Positions 29,449 through 39,230 of a stretch of 64,000 bases of DNA are shown piece after piece. Numbering within the stretch: position 1 is the first letter of the stretch; every line of letters begins with the position of its first letter. The notes under the pieces are model-generated. The model did not search any database and was not told the DNA's origin. It saw only the letters and a list, made by a program, of their open reading frames with translations. This stretch comes from Candidatus Micrarchaeota archaeon (lineage in GTDB: Archaea; Micrarchaeota; Micrarchaeia; Micrarchaeales; CABMGC01): assembly GCA_021852055.1 (NCBI GenBank), contig JAJZOD010000002.1, positions 10,536-74,535 on the forward strand. Direction: 5' to 3'. The position numbers were made by a program, and so were the translations under genes.

Positions 29449-29878
29449 GTAACTGAATTGACATATTTCCAAGTCAAGTACACATGCTTAATTGGAGTTG
29501 TCTTCTTCGACAAATCTTTTGTCGGAGAGTGCTTCACAAACAGGAACCATGTCAATAGATGAAACTATGAAGCAATATTTCTTGAGACTGTGTTCCACCT
29601 TTCTTGCGTTCCTGGAGTATGTAATGCGTTCTTACAAGAAACACATCCTCCAGATAAACTCAGATTCAATCCTGTGTTAATCCCAATTAGCACATACTCC
29701 ATGAAGTTCTCAAGTACAATGCTGTCTCAGGTAATAAATGCGGAAAATGTTTAATGGCATTATCGTTGCCATACCTGCGAATTGCGTTGGCCTTAGGATG
29801 TCAGAACCTTTATACAACTGTACCACTTACCACTGCGTTTTTGCTAAGGTATTTAAATGTTTTTATTTAAATAATGGT

Positions 29879-30772
29879 ATGGCAACTTCGAATCAGGGCA
29901 CTGCACCTTCAGATGCAAGTTCGTTTTCTCCTCAGGTTCCATCTAAGCAAAATCCACCGAAAAACAGCAAGATTGACAAGCTTGCGATTGAGGGTCTGAA
30001 AAGCATCAGAGGATACTTTCTTTACACCTTTGTGGGTTTGCTTCTTGGTTTTATAATTATTGCTTTAGTAATAAGCATTATTTTTTCTGCAGGTTCTGGT
30101 TCTTCTATTTCAGGATACGCATACGGAATTGGTTCTTATGCCTCAACAATACTCTTTTTAACAGTTCTGCTCTTGGTAATCATAGTAGCTATTGCGGTTT
30201 TTGAAGTGTTTGCTGCACTATCCCTGATGTTTGCCATCCGGGATCTGAGGAGAAGTGGCCTAAAATCAGCATCTGTATACTCATCAGTATCAAAGTGGCT
30301 TAAATATCTGACTATAATATTTGTAATAATTTCAGCGGTATACATGCTTTTCACTTTCTTTTTGCTTTTCTCGTTATTTTCCGCCTCCGCGCTTTATGGC
30401 GGCGCTTCTTCTGGAACTGGTTCATTAATTTCCTTTGCCATAGTCATAGTATTTACTATAATATTTGTTGTTATTGAGCTGCTATTTATATGGAAGCTTT
30501 ATTGTTTGTATAAATCGCTTTCGGAAGATCTCTCAAGTCCGCGTTTGGGTACTTCAGCAAAGCTTCTTGTTGTTGGTGTGGCAATAGCAGTTATAGCTGG
30601 TATCGCTGAGTCAATCGCATCAATAGCAAGCGCAGGTTTATTATCTGGAGGCTCGTCTTTGTTAATTGTTCTCCTACTTGTGTTCGTCGCAGAGATTATT
30701 GCAGTAATAATCCTCGCAATTGCACAATGGCTTGGTTATAAGTCGGTATCTGACGCACTGGTTAAGGTATAG
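29879..30772 (+). CDS. Multi-pass membrane protein (about 6 TM), function unknown
   Basis: Long hydrophobic segments; start chosen at ATG 29879, just after a TTTAAAT TATA-like element. Confidence 0.8.
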   Translation: MATSNQGTAPSDASSFSPQVPSKQNPPKNSKIDKLAIEGLKSIRGYFLYTFVGLLLGFIIIALVISIIFSAGSGSSISGYAYGIGSYASTILFLTVLLLVIIVAIAVFEVFAALSLMFAIRDLRRSGLKSASVYSSVSKWLKYLTIIFVIISAVYMLFTFFLLFSLFSASALYGGASSGTGSLISFAIVIVFTIIFVVIELLFIWKLYCLYKSLSEDLSSPRLGTSAKLLVVGVAIAVIAGIAESIASIASAGLLSGGSSLLIVLLLVFVAEIIAVIILAIAQWLGYKSVSDALVKV

Positions 30773-30829
30773 CAAATACTTACATAACAAGCTCAGTTTA
30801 CTCCATCTATTGCTATGGCGTCTTATTAC

Positions 30830-31711
30830 TTAACTTCTTTGCTGGTTTAGCTTGAAGACCCATGTATACTTCCACGGGCTCTTCTGGAGCAGCGGATTTA
30901 TCTCGGTTTTAGGCACGCCGAGGATCCTTAACGAGTAAAGTTCGTGGAGATTTGTGAATATGGGGTATTTTTCAACCGAGAAACCCATATTGCTAAAAAA
31001 TGCATGTACACTCTCTTCACTGTCTAATGCGTTTTCAATAACGCTTCTGCCTGTTATATCCGTCCTTTTTGCTCCTGGAGTATCAGCAGCATCAAGCCTT
31101 TTTCTATCCAGTATGTCAGAGCATATCCATGCCCCTCCGAAAACCTGCAGCATGCATTTCACATTATCCACCACCCTCTTTTTCTCGTTGATATTTAAGT
31201 GGTTCATAAGTCCTTCGCTAACTATGTACAGGGGTTTGTTTAGAAATGCACCAGATGCATTGAGAATGTCAGCATAAGATAGCGCATTTGCTTGTTCCAG
31301 GCGCAGCTTCCTGCTCGAGTAATTTGGCGCTATGCTTTCAATAATCCCTCTTTTCTCATTTGAAATATCCTGAAGGTCTGTTTCGGTGTATGTTACTTTC
31401 CCTGTATTTGTAAATGCAAGGCCTCTAGGCGACATTCCAGCTGCAAGTTCGAGTATCTGCGTAGCATTGGACCTTCTCAGTATCTCATCTATGCTCTTTC
31501 CTCTCGCTTCAATCCCCGGCGCCCTGAGCATTAGCTGCTCATGGCTTTCAGGGCCATTACCCCAAATTTTTTCCCATGCCTCTTTTGCAGACACCTTTTC
31601 AGCTATCTCTTTGGCATATGGTATATTCGAAAAAGACCTGACATAAGCTACGGTGCGTGCAGTAATGCTTATCCTGTCATAATTGTATACGCTTTTGTTT
31701 ACAGTCCTCAT
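30830..31711 (-). CDS. Class I SAM-dependent methyltransferase (LCM-like)
   Basis: ISITA, QILELAAGMSPRGL, YTETDL, IVSEGLMNHL. Confidence 0.82.
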   Translation of the reverse strand: MRTVNKSVYNYDRISITARTVAYVRSFSNIPYAKEIAEKVSAKEAWEKIWGNGPESHEQLMLRAPGIEARGKSIDEILRRSNATQILELAAGMSPRGLAFTNTGKVTYTETDLQDISNEKRGIIESIAPNYSSRKLRLEQANALSYADILNASGAFLNKPLYIVSEGLMNHLNINEKKRVVDNVKCMLQVFGGAWICSDILDRKRLDAADTPGAKRTDITGRSVIENALDSEESVHAFFSNMGFSVEKYPIFTNLHELYSLRILGVPKTEINPLLQKSPWKYTWVFKLNQQRS

Positions 31712-33183
31712 GCATTCATACCCTGCGTTTTCTCTATCTTATTGAAGAGGTGCCCTTCTTTTTTAATCCTGCCGTTGAAATCCGAGAATTTGCAATGTGA
31801 TATATCCTGCTTATCAACACCGAGCTGAGCCCTTATCTTTTCTGCAGTTTCAGGCATGAACGGCCCGATAAGCACTGATATAATGCGTATGGATTCGAGT
31901 ATATTGTAGATTACGCTGCCTAACTCTTCGCCATTCAGTTTCCATGCCTGTTTCTCATTTATATACTTATTGGTCCTTCTCACCTGAGACCATATCTCTT
32001 CAATAGCGTTGAACGTATCGAGGTTGGTCATCAGAGTTTTTATGTGCTCAACATCAAGACCTTTATCAAGCTCAGGGGCTCCCTTTATTCTGCCGTTGAA
32101 ACGTTCTGCAAGGGTCAGGCTCCTATATACAAGGTTACCTAAGTCATCTACAAGCTCGCCGTTTATCCTTGCAATAAGGTTTTTCTCCGAGAAGTCGCTG
32201 TCGTCTCCAAAAGGCATCTCCCTTGCAAAATAGTACCGTATGGCATCAACGCCGTACTTGTTTTTCAGCTCAATCGGGTCTACCATATTCCCTAAAGATT
32301 TGCTCATCTTCCTGCCTTCTACAGTCCACCAACCATGTGAAAATATCTTTTTAGGAGCATCAATGCCTGCAGAGAAGAGCATCGCCGGCCATATTACTGT
32401 GTGGAACCATGCTATCTCCTTGCCTATTATGTGAGCATCTGCAGGCCAGAACCGCATATTGCCGCCATCAGGCCACTGCAGGGCAGAAATGTAGTTTACA
32501 AGTGCATCTACCCACACATAAATCGTATGGTTGCTGTCCTCCGGAAATGTTATCCCCCATTTTATTGTAGTTCTTGTTACGCTTATGTCCTTTAATCCTC
32601 CCTTTACGCGATTTATTATCTCGCCTGACCTGAATTTCGGAGATATAAATAAGGGGTTTTTATCATAAAGCTCAAGCAGTTTGTCCTGATATTTGCTAAG
32701 TCTGAAAAAATAGCTCTCTTCCTTTACTTTCTTGACTTCACGCCCGCACTCCGGGCACTTCCCATCCTTAAGCTGCAGCTCCGTCAAGAAAGTTTCATCG
32801 GGAGTGCAGTACCATCCCTCATATTCGCCTTTGTATATGTCACCTGCATCATACAGCTTCTTTATAAATTCAGCAACTATGGACTCGTGCTGCCTGTCTG
32901 TTGTCCTTATAAATGCATCATTTGTTATATTGTACTCCTTCCATGCGCTTGAAAACTTACTTGCCATAGTGTCGGCAAACTCTTTTGGCTGCATGCCGGC
33001 CCTTTCAGAGGCCTTCTGCACCTTTTCGCCATGCTCATCTGTGCCTGTCAGGAAAAATACATCATCGCCGCAGAGTCTGTGCCATCTGGCTATAATATCG
33101 GAGATTACAGTGGTGTAAGCAGTGCCTATGTGCGGTTTATCTGTAATATAATATATCGGTGTTGTTATGTAATATTTTGCCAT
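31708..33183 (-). CDS. metG: Methionyl-tRNA synthetase, short form without the C-terminal tRNA-binding domain
   Basis: YITTPIYY..PHIG, TGTDEHGEK, YVWVDAL, IGKEI, KMSKS. Confidence 0.97.
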   Translation of the reverse strand: MAKYYITTPIYYITDKPHIGTAYTTVISDIIARWHRLCGDDVFFLTGTDEHGEKVQKASERAGMQPKEFADTMASKFSSAWKEYNITNDAFIRTTDRQHESIVAEFIKKLYDAGDIYKGEYEGWYCTPDETFLTELQLKDGKCPECGREVKKVKEESYFFRLSKYQDKLLELYDKNPLFISPKFRSGEIINRVKGGLKDISVTRTTIKWGITFPEDSNHTIYVWVDALVNYISALQWPDGGNMRFWPADAHIIGKEIAWFHTVIWPAMLFSAGIDAPKKIFSHGWWTVEGRKMSKSLGNMVDPIELKNKYGVDAIRYYFAREMPFGDDSDFSEKNLIARINGELVDDLGNLVYRSLTLAERFNGRIKGAPELDKGLDVEHIKTLMTNLDTFNAIEEIWSQVRRTNKYINEKQAWKLNGEELGSVIYNILESIRIISVLIGPFMPETAEKIRAQLGVDKQDISHCKFSDFNGRIKKEGHLFNKIEKTQGMNA

Positions 33184-33267
33184 TTAAAGCACCTAACTAG
33201 CGATATAACCTTTTATTATGCAGCCTTTTATTTCTTTTCTATTAATACTTTCCTGTGGATGGTGCAT

Positions 33268-35334
33268 ATGGACGAGATAGCTAGCAATGAGCTTGCAGAT
33301 AGGTTCCTCTCCTTTCTAAATGCTTATTACCCTGAGCAGATCAACGACATGTACCTAAAATATCCAAAGGAGCGAAGCTTAAGTGTTGATATAAAAGACC
33401 TAGAACGGTTCGATGCCGAGATGGCAGACCAGCTGATAAACAATCCAGACAGCATGCTTTCAGATGCAAATGCGGCGCTGCTCAAGCTGAACCCTAATCC
33501 AAATGCAGTTGAGCCTGTATATGTGCGCTTTTTTGGCATAGATACGCACATGCCGCTTATACAAGAGGTAGGCTCTGAATATATAGGGAAACTGCTCACC
33601 CTTGACTCGCTTGCAGTCAAAAGGTCGGAGATAACGCCCAGGGTAAATCTCGGCGTGTTCAAATGCTTGTTCTGTGGTACGGTTCTGAAGCTTAAGATAG
33701 ACCGCGAAAGCGTTGTTGATGTGTGCCCGCAGTGCAAGCGACGCGCACTCAAGCAGGACAACGCAGAATCAAAGTTTACAAACCTGCAGCGGATAGCAGT
33801 CCAGGATCCGTTGGAAAGGCTCAGGGGCAGCACGCCTACATGGCACCTTGAGGTATGGATGGAAGACGATCTTGTGAACAGCGTAATACCTGGCGATCGC
33901 GTAGACATTACTGGAATACTTCGCATAAAACCCAGGCGCACGTCTAAAGGCAAGGAAGACAAGCTACTGTTCACCATGTTCTTCGATGCTGTTTCAATAA
34001 AATCCAAGCAAAAGGAGTTTGCCGAACTGGAGATAACTCCGGAAGAGGAACGCTCAATAACTGAACTTGCCAAAGATCCAGACATATTCAACAAGATATC
34101 AAAGTCTATCTCTCCGAGCATCTTTGGCCATGATGAGATAAAGAAAGCGCTTGCACTGCAGTTGTTTGGTGGAACCCCAGACAAGCGGCTTATTGACGGA
34201 GCAAGGATACGCAGCGACATACACATGCTCCTTATAGGAGATCCTGGCAGTGCAAAGACGCGATTGCTTCAGGCTGTATCAGAAATAGTCCCAAAGGGCA
34301 TTTATGTTAGCGGCAAGTCAACAAGCGGTGCAGGGCTTACGGCATCTGCAGAGCGCGACGAGTTCTCAGAAGGGGGCTGGACATTAAAAGCCGGCGCACT
34401 TGTTTTAGGTTCAGGGGGATCAGTATGCATAGACGAATTCGACAAGATAGGTGAGGATGACAAATCAGCGCTCCTCGAGGCCCTTGAGTCGCAGACCATA
34501 AGTGTTGCAAAGGCCGGCATAGTGGCAAGGTTTAACGCGCGCACATCTGTTCTTGCTGCGGCCAACCCCAAATACGGGCGTTTTGACATAAACACATACC
34601 CTGCCGAGCAGTTTGACATATCTCCGGCACTGCTGTCCAGGTTTGACCTCATATTTCCCATAAAGGATGTCCTTGACGAGGAGCTCGATAAGCAGATAGC
34701 AAGGCACATATTAATACAGCACGAGGCAGCAGGGGCCCAGATAGCCGAGCTCGCGGAGCGGGAGCAGGTGGAGAGGCCGCCACTGAATTCAGAACTGCTA
34801 AGGAAGTATATAGCATACGCGAGGAAAGGAGTTAAGCCAAGGCTTACGCAGGAGGCAAGCCAGAAGTTGCAGGAGTATTATGTTGATCTGAGAAAGCTCG
34901 GCATAAAGACAGGTGCAGTGCCTATGACGCCAAGGCAGATAGAGGGCCTGGTGCGCCTTGCGGAGGCCAGCGCAAAGACCAGGCTATCCGGCGTAGTTCT
35001 GCAAAAGGATGCAGAACTTGCAATAGCATTATTCGAGTATATGCTCAACACGCTTGCAGTAGATCGCGGAGGCAGGCGCGACATAGATGCGCTTCTTACG
35101 GGTCTTCCAAGGGAGAAGGTAAACAAGATAAATACGCTCATGTCTATAATAAAGAACCTTGAAAAGGAGGAGAACGGTGCAGCAAAACTTGTGCGCATAC
35201 TTGAAGAGGCAGAGAAGCAGAGCATAGACAGGGCGACATCCACAAAATACATAACAGAGTTAGAGCACTCCGGGGACATATACAGCCCTAAGCCAGGCAT
35301 AATAAAGATAGTGCATAAAAACGAGGATGTGTAA
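33268..35334 (+). CDS. mcm: MCM replicative helicase (no intein)
   Basis: CxxC Zn finger, GDPGSAKT, GAGLTAS, CIDEFDK, AAANPKYGRF, LLSRFDL; start set at the ATG after GGTG. Confidence 0.97.
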   Translation: MDEIASNELADRFLSFLNAYYPEQINDMYLKYPKERSLSVDIKDLERFDAEMADQLINNPDSMLSDANAALLKLNPNPNAVEPVYVRFFGIDTHMPLIQEVGSEYIGKLLTLDSLAVKRSEITPRVNLGVFKCLFCGTVLKLKIDRESVVDVCPQCKRRALKQDNAESKFTNLQRIAVQDPLERLRGSTPTWHLEVWMEDDLVNSVIPGDRVDITGILRIKPRRTSKGKEDKLLFTMFFDAVSIKSKQKEFAELEITPEEERSITELAKDPDIFNKISKSISPSIFGHDEIKKALALQLFGGTPDKRLIDGARIRSDIHMLLIGDPGSAKTRLLQAVSEIVPKGIYVSGKSTSGAGLTASAERDEFSEGGWTLKAGALVLGSGGSVCIDEFDKIGEDDKSALLEALESQTISVAKAGIVARFNARTSVLAAANPKYGRFDINTYPAEQFDISPALLSRFDLIFPIKDVLDEELDKQIARHILIQHEAAGAQIAELAEREQVERPPLNSELLRKYIAYARKGVKPRLTQEASQKLQEYYVDLRKLGIKTGAVPMTPRQIEGLVRLAEASAKTRLSGVVLQKDAELAIALFEYMLNTLAVDRGGRRDIDALLTGLPREKVNKINTLMSIIKNLEKEENGAAKLVRILEEAEKQSIDRATSTKYITELEHSGDIYSPKPGIIKIVHKNEDV

Positions 35335-35343
35335 GGGGACTAA

Positions 35344-36435
35344 ATGGAACGCAGGATAGATGTCAGGCAGCTTACTGCGCTGCTTACGCTTTTTATGATT
35401 GCCCAGTTTACTGGGCTGTTGCTTGTATATGTTTCGTTTCCAGCAGCATCGCTTTCGCAGCTTGCAGCTCAGTCGCAGCAGCAGCCGCAGCTTGCAGCAT
35501 CGTCATATCTTCTGATATTCGCCGCAGAGATAGTCGTAATAATACTTGTGCTTATGTTTGTTGTCAGGTCAAGCAAAGGCAAAAACTTTTTTGCGCTAGC
35601 AGAAGCATACATAATACTCCTTGGGTCGTTTTTCTTTTTTCTAATCATACTCAGTGACCTGTTTCCATATCTCAGCTCTGTTGAACTTGAGGTGGCATCT
35701 GGGCTGTGCGCTATCGCAATATATCTATTAAAGAGAAGGAAGAGCCTAAACACACAAACCTTTAGGAATATAATTACAATTTTAAGCAGTATAGGCGTTG
35801 GCATCTTCATAGGTGTAAGCATCGGCTCGCAGTTCGGAGTTCTGGTGCTGTATGCTATACTCGGAATCTTTGCCATATATGATTACCTAGCTGTGTTCGT
35901 CCTTAAGTTCATGATACCTATGGCCAAACATGCTGCCAGTATGAACCTTGCATTTATGATAGGCTCTTCAGAGCTCGAGCTGCATCCAAAAACCAACATG
36001 AAAAAGGCGCAATATACTGCTGCCGATATAAAATCGATAAAAAATCCTAGCATTCGCAAGCTGATAAAAGCAGGCAACATGCCCGCAGTGTCAAGTGTAA
36101 TGCTTGGCAATGGGGACATAATGCTGCCGCTGCTCGTTTCTTCAGGTGCGTATGTTTTTACTGGGAGCATCTCACTTGCGCTTGCAATAACTGTCGGCGC
36201 AATATTCGGCCTCATTGCAACGTTCTGGATAATACGCAGGTACATGATAGGTCTTCCTGCAATACCGCCAATATTTGCATTTGTGAGCATATCCTTGGCT
36301 GTTTTTTATCTGGCGTCAGGGGTGCAGGATCTGATAATCTGGGTTTACATATTAAGCGCTGTTGTCTCTATTGCAGCAATGTACTTTGCAGTCAGGAGGG
36401 CAGGTTCCACAACCGGTCCAACTTCAGCAAAATAA
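35344..36435 (+). CDS. Presenilin/SPP-family intramembrane aspartyl protease
   Basis: About 9 TM segments; catalytic YD (IYDYLAV) and GxGD (LGNGD); PAL-like PAIP. Confidence 0.9.
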   Translation: MERRIDVRQLTALLTLFMIAQFTGLLLVYVSFPAASLSQLAAQSQQQPQLAASSYLLIFAAEIVVIILVLMFVVRSSKGKNFFALAEAYIILLGSFFFFLIILSDLFPYLSSVELEVASGLCAIAIYLLKRRKSLNTQTFRNIITILSSIGVGIFIGVSIGSQFGVLVLYAILGIFAIYDYLAVFVLKFMIPMAKHAASMNLAFMIGSSELELHPKTNMKKAQYTAADIKSIKNPSIRKLIKAGNMPAVSSVMLGNGDIMLPLLVSSGAYVFTGSISLALAITVGAIFGLIATFWIIRRYMIGLPAIPPIFAFVSISLAVFYLASGVQDLIIWVYILSAVVSIAAMYFAVRRAGSTTGPTSAK

Positions 36436-36480
36436 CGATGAACTAGAGGAAATAACAACAAAAGAAAATATAAAAGTGAT

Positions 36481-37839
36481 ATGATGGTATGGCTTGATGC
36501 GGTAATGGAAGCTGATCCAGAACTTTTCGGGTACATGAAAGAGGAGCTTTCAAGGCAGAAGGCTTCATTGGAGATGATACCTTCAGAGAACTTCACCAGC
36601 GAGGCGGTAATGCAGGCTGTTGGAAGCATACTTACAAATAAGTATTCTGAAGGATATCCGGGCAGAAGGTACTACGGCGGGAACGAGTTTATCGATAAAA
36701 TAGAGCGCTTGGCTGTAAACAGGGCCAAAAGACTTTTTAATGTAGAGCATGTCAATGTGCAGCCTTATTCGGGCTCGCCTGCAAATATGGAGGTATATCT
36801 GTCAATATGCAAGCCTGGCGATACAGTAATGGGCCAGAGCCTTACTTCTGGAGGCCATTTGACGCACGGAAGTCCGGCGAGTGCTACAGGCCAGATATTC
36901 AACAGCATGCAATACGGAGTCAGGCCTGACGGTTACATAGATCTTGATGCTGTGCGCGAGCTTGCAGTCAATAACAAGCCCAAGCTCATATGGGTCGGCT
37001 CCACGGCCTATGTGCGTCGCCTTCCTTTTAAGGAGATGGCATCCATAGCTGATGAAGTAGGCGCATATCTTGCAGCTGACATATCGCACATCTCGGGCCT
37101 TGTCATAGCTGGCGTGCATGAAAGTCCTGCTGATTATGCCCACATAATAACTACAACCACCCACAAGACGCTTCGCGGCCCGCGCGGCGCAATGATAATG
37201 GTCACTAAAAAAGGCATTGAAAAAGACCCGGAGCTTCCTTCAAAAATAGACAAGGCCGTATTTCCAGGGATGCAGGGGGGACCGCATGACCATGTAACTG
37301 CTGCGATAGCAATTTCTCTGCTTCAGGCATCAACCCCCGAGTTCAAGGAGTATGCAGTTCAAATAGTAAATAATGCAAAGGCGCTCGCAGCAGCATTGAT
37401 GAAAAACAACATAGACCTTGTAACAAACGGCACTGACAATCACATGGTGCTCGCAGATCTTACAAGTATAGCTCCCGGCCTTGGCATATTTGCTCAAGAG
37501 GCTCTGGATGCCGTAGGCGTAACGATGAACAAGAACACAGTTCCTGGGGAGCAGTCTTCTGCGTTTTATCCAAGTGGCCTGCGCATGGGCACTCCTGCAA
37601 TTACGACCAGAGGCATGAAAGAACAGCAGATGTACCTGATAGCCGATATTATAAGCGAGGTAATAAACAACATACGCGGTTACAGGCTTCCTGGCGACAA
37701 GGATGCGCGCATTGATTATCTGCGCACATTTCGCGAAGAGATCAAAAAATCAGAAGCCATGCGAGACCTTAAAAAAAGGACAGTGGAGATATCCGCTATG
37801 TTTCCTTTATACAAAAACATTCTGCTTCCTGCAGAATAA
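36481..37839 (+). CDS. glyA: Serine hydroxymethyltransferase
   Basis: IPSENF, NKYSEGYPGRRYYGG, VQPYSGSPAN, GGHLTHG, TTTTHKTLRGPRG. Confidence 0.97.
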   Translation: MMVWLDAVMEADPELFGYMKEELSRQKASLEMIPSENFTSEAVMQAVGSILTNKYSEGYPGRRYYGGNEFIDKIERLAVNRAKRLFNVEHVNVQPYSGSPANMEVYLSICKPGDTVMGQSLTSGGHLTHGSPASATGQIFNSMQYGVRPDGYIDLDAVRELAVNNKPKLIWVGSTAYVRRLPFKEMASIADEVGAYLAADISHISGLVIAGVHESPADYAHIITTTTHKTLRGPRGAMIMVTKKGIEKDPELPSKIDKAVFPGMQGGPHDHVTAAIAISLLQASTPEFKEYAVQIVNNAKALAAALMKNNIDLVTNGTDNHMVLADLTSIAPGLGIFAQEALDAVGVTMNKNTVPGEQSSAFYPSGLRMGTPAITTRGMKEQQMYLIADIISEVINNIRGYRLPGDKDARIDYLRTFREEIKKSEAMRDLKKRTVEISAMFPLYKNILLPAE

Positions 37840-37978
37840 GCTGCAGAGTTGTAAACCGTAATCGAAGATCAGCAATTCATACCTGCTATGAATTTATAAA
37901 CTTGGCCAGCTTAGACAAACGTGCACAGTAATGTAAACACGTATATATCATATACTTTAAAATATATCTGTTGATTCA

Positions 37979-38647
37979 ATGACAACTGCTATAAAAACGC
38001 AAGGTTCTGAAAAAGAGCACAGGCAGCCATCCCTTCTTGATATGGCAAAAGCCACTGCGGGTTCACTAAGGCACGCAGCAGGCGTTTTTGCAGTATCGGC
38101 TGCAGTAGCAGTGCCTCTTGCATTTGGAAATTCCTCTGCTTCTGCAAGAGGATACAATCCATGGGAAACTGCCGCTGCAAGGATTGTAGAGAATGTGGCA
38201 AATGTTGCTACGGATGTTATAGCTTCCAATATAGTCCAGCAGCCTGCAGTTGTAGTGCAGGCTCCTGTAATTTCATATCCTGCCCCTGGCGGAGCTGTTG
38301 TCGAAAGCACAGTATCCGGATATATGCCAGCATATGCTCCAGGTGCAGTTATAGAGCCTACGGTATCTAACTATCCCGGTTATATAGGCTATCGGGTGCC
38401 ATTTACACAACAGGGCATAATAGAACGCACGGTGCATAATCGCAATTACATGCCTTACAATGCAAACGGTGCTGTGATAGAGCAGACAGCATCAAGAGGG
38501 TTTGCATATACCGCTCCAGGTGCAGTTATAACACGCACGGTGTCAAGTCATCAGCTGCTCCAGCAAGGCGGCAGTGTTGTTGAAAGAACTGTGGGCCCAC
38601 AGCAAACTTATACTACCGGCCAGATAACCTACAGCCATCAGAAATAA
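37979..38647 (+). CDS. Hypothetical secreted protein with six GAV(I/V)ExTV-like repeats
   Basis: Hydrophobic segment ending ASA; repeats GGAVVESTVS, PGAVIEPTVS, QGIIERTVH, NGAVIEQTAS, PGAVITRTVS, GGSVVERTVG. Confidence 0.8.
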   Translation: MTTAIKTQGSEKEHRQPSLLDMAKATAGSLRHAAGVFAVSAAVAVPLAFGNSSASARGYNPWETAAARIVENVANVATDVIASNIVQQPAVVVQAPVISYPAPGGAVVESTVSGYMPAYAPGAVIEPTVSNYPGYIGYRVPFTQQGIIERTVHNRNYMPYNANGAVIEQTASRGFAYTAPGAVITRTVSSHQLLQQGGSVVERTVGPQQTYTTGQITYSHQK

Positions 38648-38751
38648 CTATGAATGACATAGCACTACTGTGTCATGGATGCGTATGTAGCCTTTATACC
38701 TTTATAATATGTTGGTATAAAACCTACCCTTTTAGTGGCGGATAATCTAGC

Positions 38752-39228
38752 TCAAATTACTCTTTTGTATTTCTTATAAATAAACTGTGGGAAATCCTCA
38801 GAATATGCCTCCTGCCATTTGCTAAAATCTATTTCGGGAAAGTATGTGTCGCCATCAAAATCCTCTTTTATAAGCGATATGTGCATTGTATCGGCAAGCA
38901 GTAGCATGCTTCTGTATAACTGCGCTCCGCCAATGCAGTATACATCCAGTCCATGGCTTTTTGCCACTTCAAGAGCTTTTTCTACACTTTTACATACAAC
39001 TGCTCCTTCCTGCACAGAAAGGGTGGTGCTCACTATTATGTTGACTCTTTGAGGAAGAGGCCTAAACCGCTCTGGCAGCGATTCCCAAGTATTTCTGCCC
39101 ATTATTACAGTGCTGCCCAGAGTTAATCTTCTGAACAGTTCCATGTCTTCTTTTATATGCCATGGTATTCTTCCCTGTTTGCCTATAACCCTGTTTTTTG
39201 TCATGGCAACTATTATACTCAACGACAT
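38752..39228 (-). CDS. folA: Dihydrofolate reductase
   Basis: IIVAM..NRVIG..G.IPW, VIMGRNTWESLP..RPLP.RVNI, IGGAQLY, GDTYFP. Confidence 0.97.
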   Translation of the reverse strand: MSLSIIVAMTKNRVIGKQGRIPWHIKEDMELFRRLTLGSTVIMGRNTWESLPERFRPLPQRVNIIVSTTLSVQEGAVVCKSVEKALEVAKSHGLDVYCIGGAQLYRSMLLLADTMHISLIKEDFDGDTYFPEIDFSKWQEAYSEDFPQFIYKKYKRVI

Positions 39229-39230
39229 AA

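Noticed and set aside
33031-33267. N-terminal extensions given by the ORF track for mcm (also rpoD, rpl18e, grpE, mre11, rpoA'')
   Set aside because: They overlap neighbouring genes, tRNAs or promoters; downstream starts with an RBS match the family N-termini.
15560-35334. Inteins or frameshifts in the RNA polymerase subunits or MCM; split rpoB and rpoA as pseudogenes
   Set aside because: Lengths and motifs are normal, and the B''/B' and A'/A'' splits are standard archaeal arrangements.
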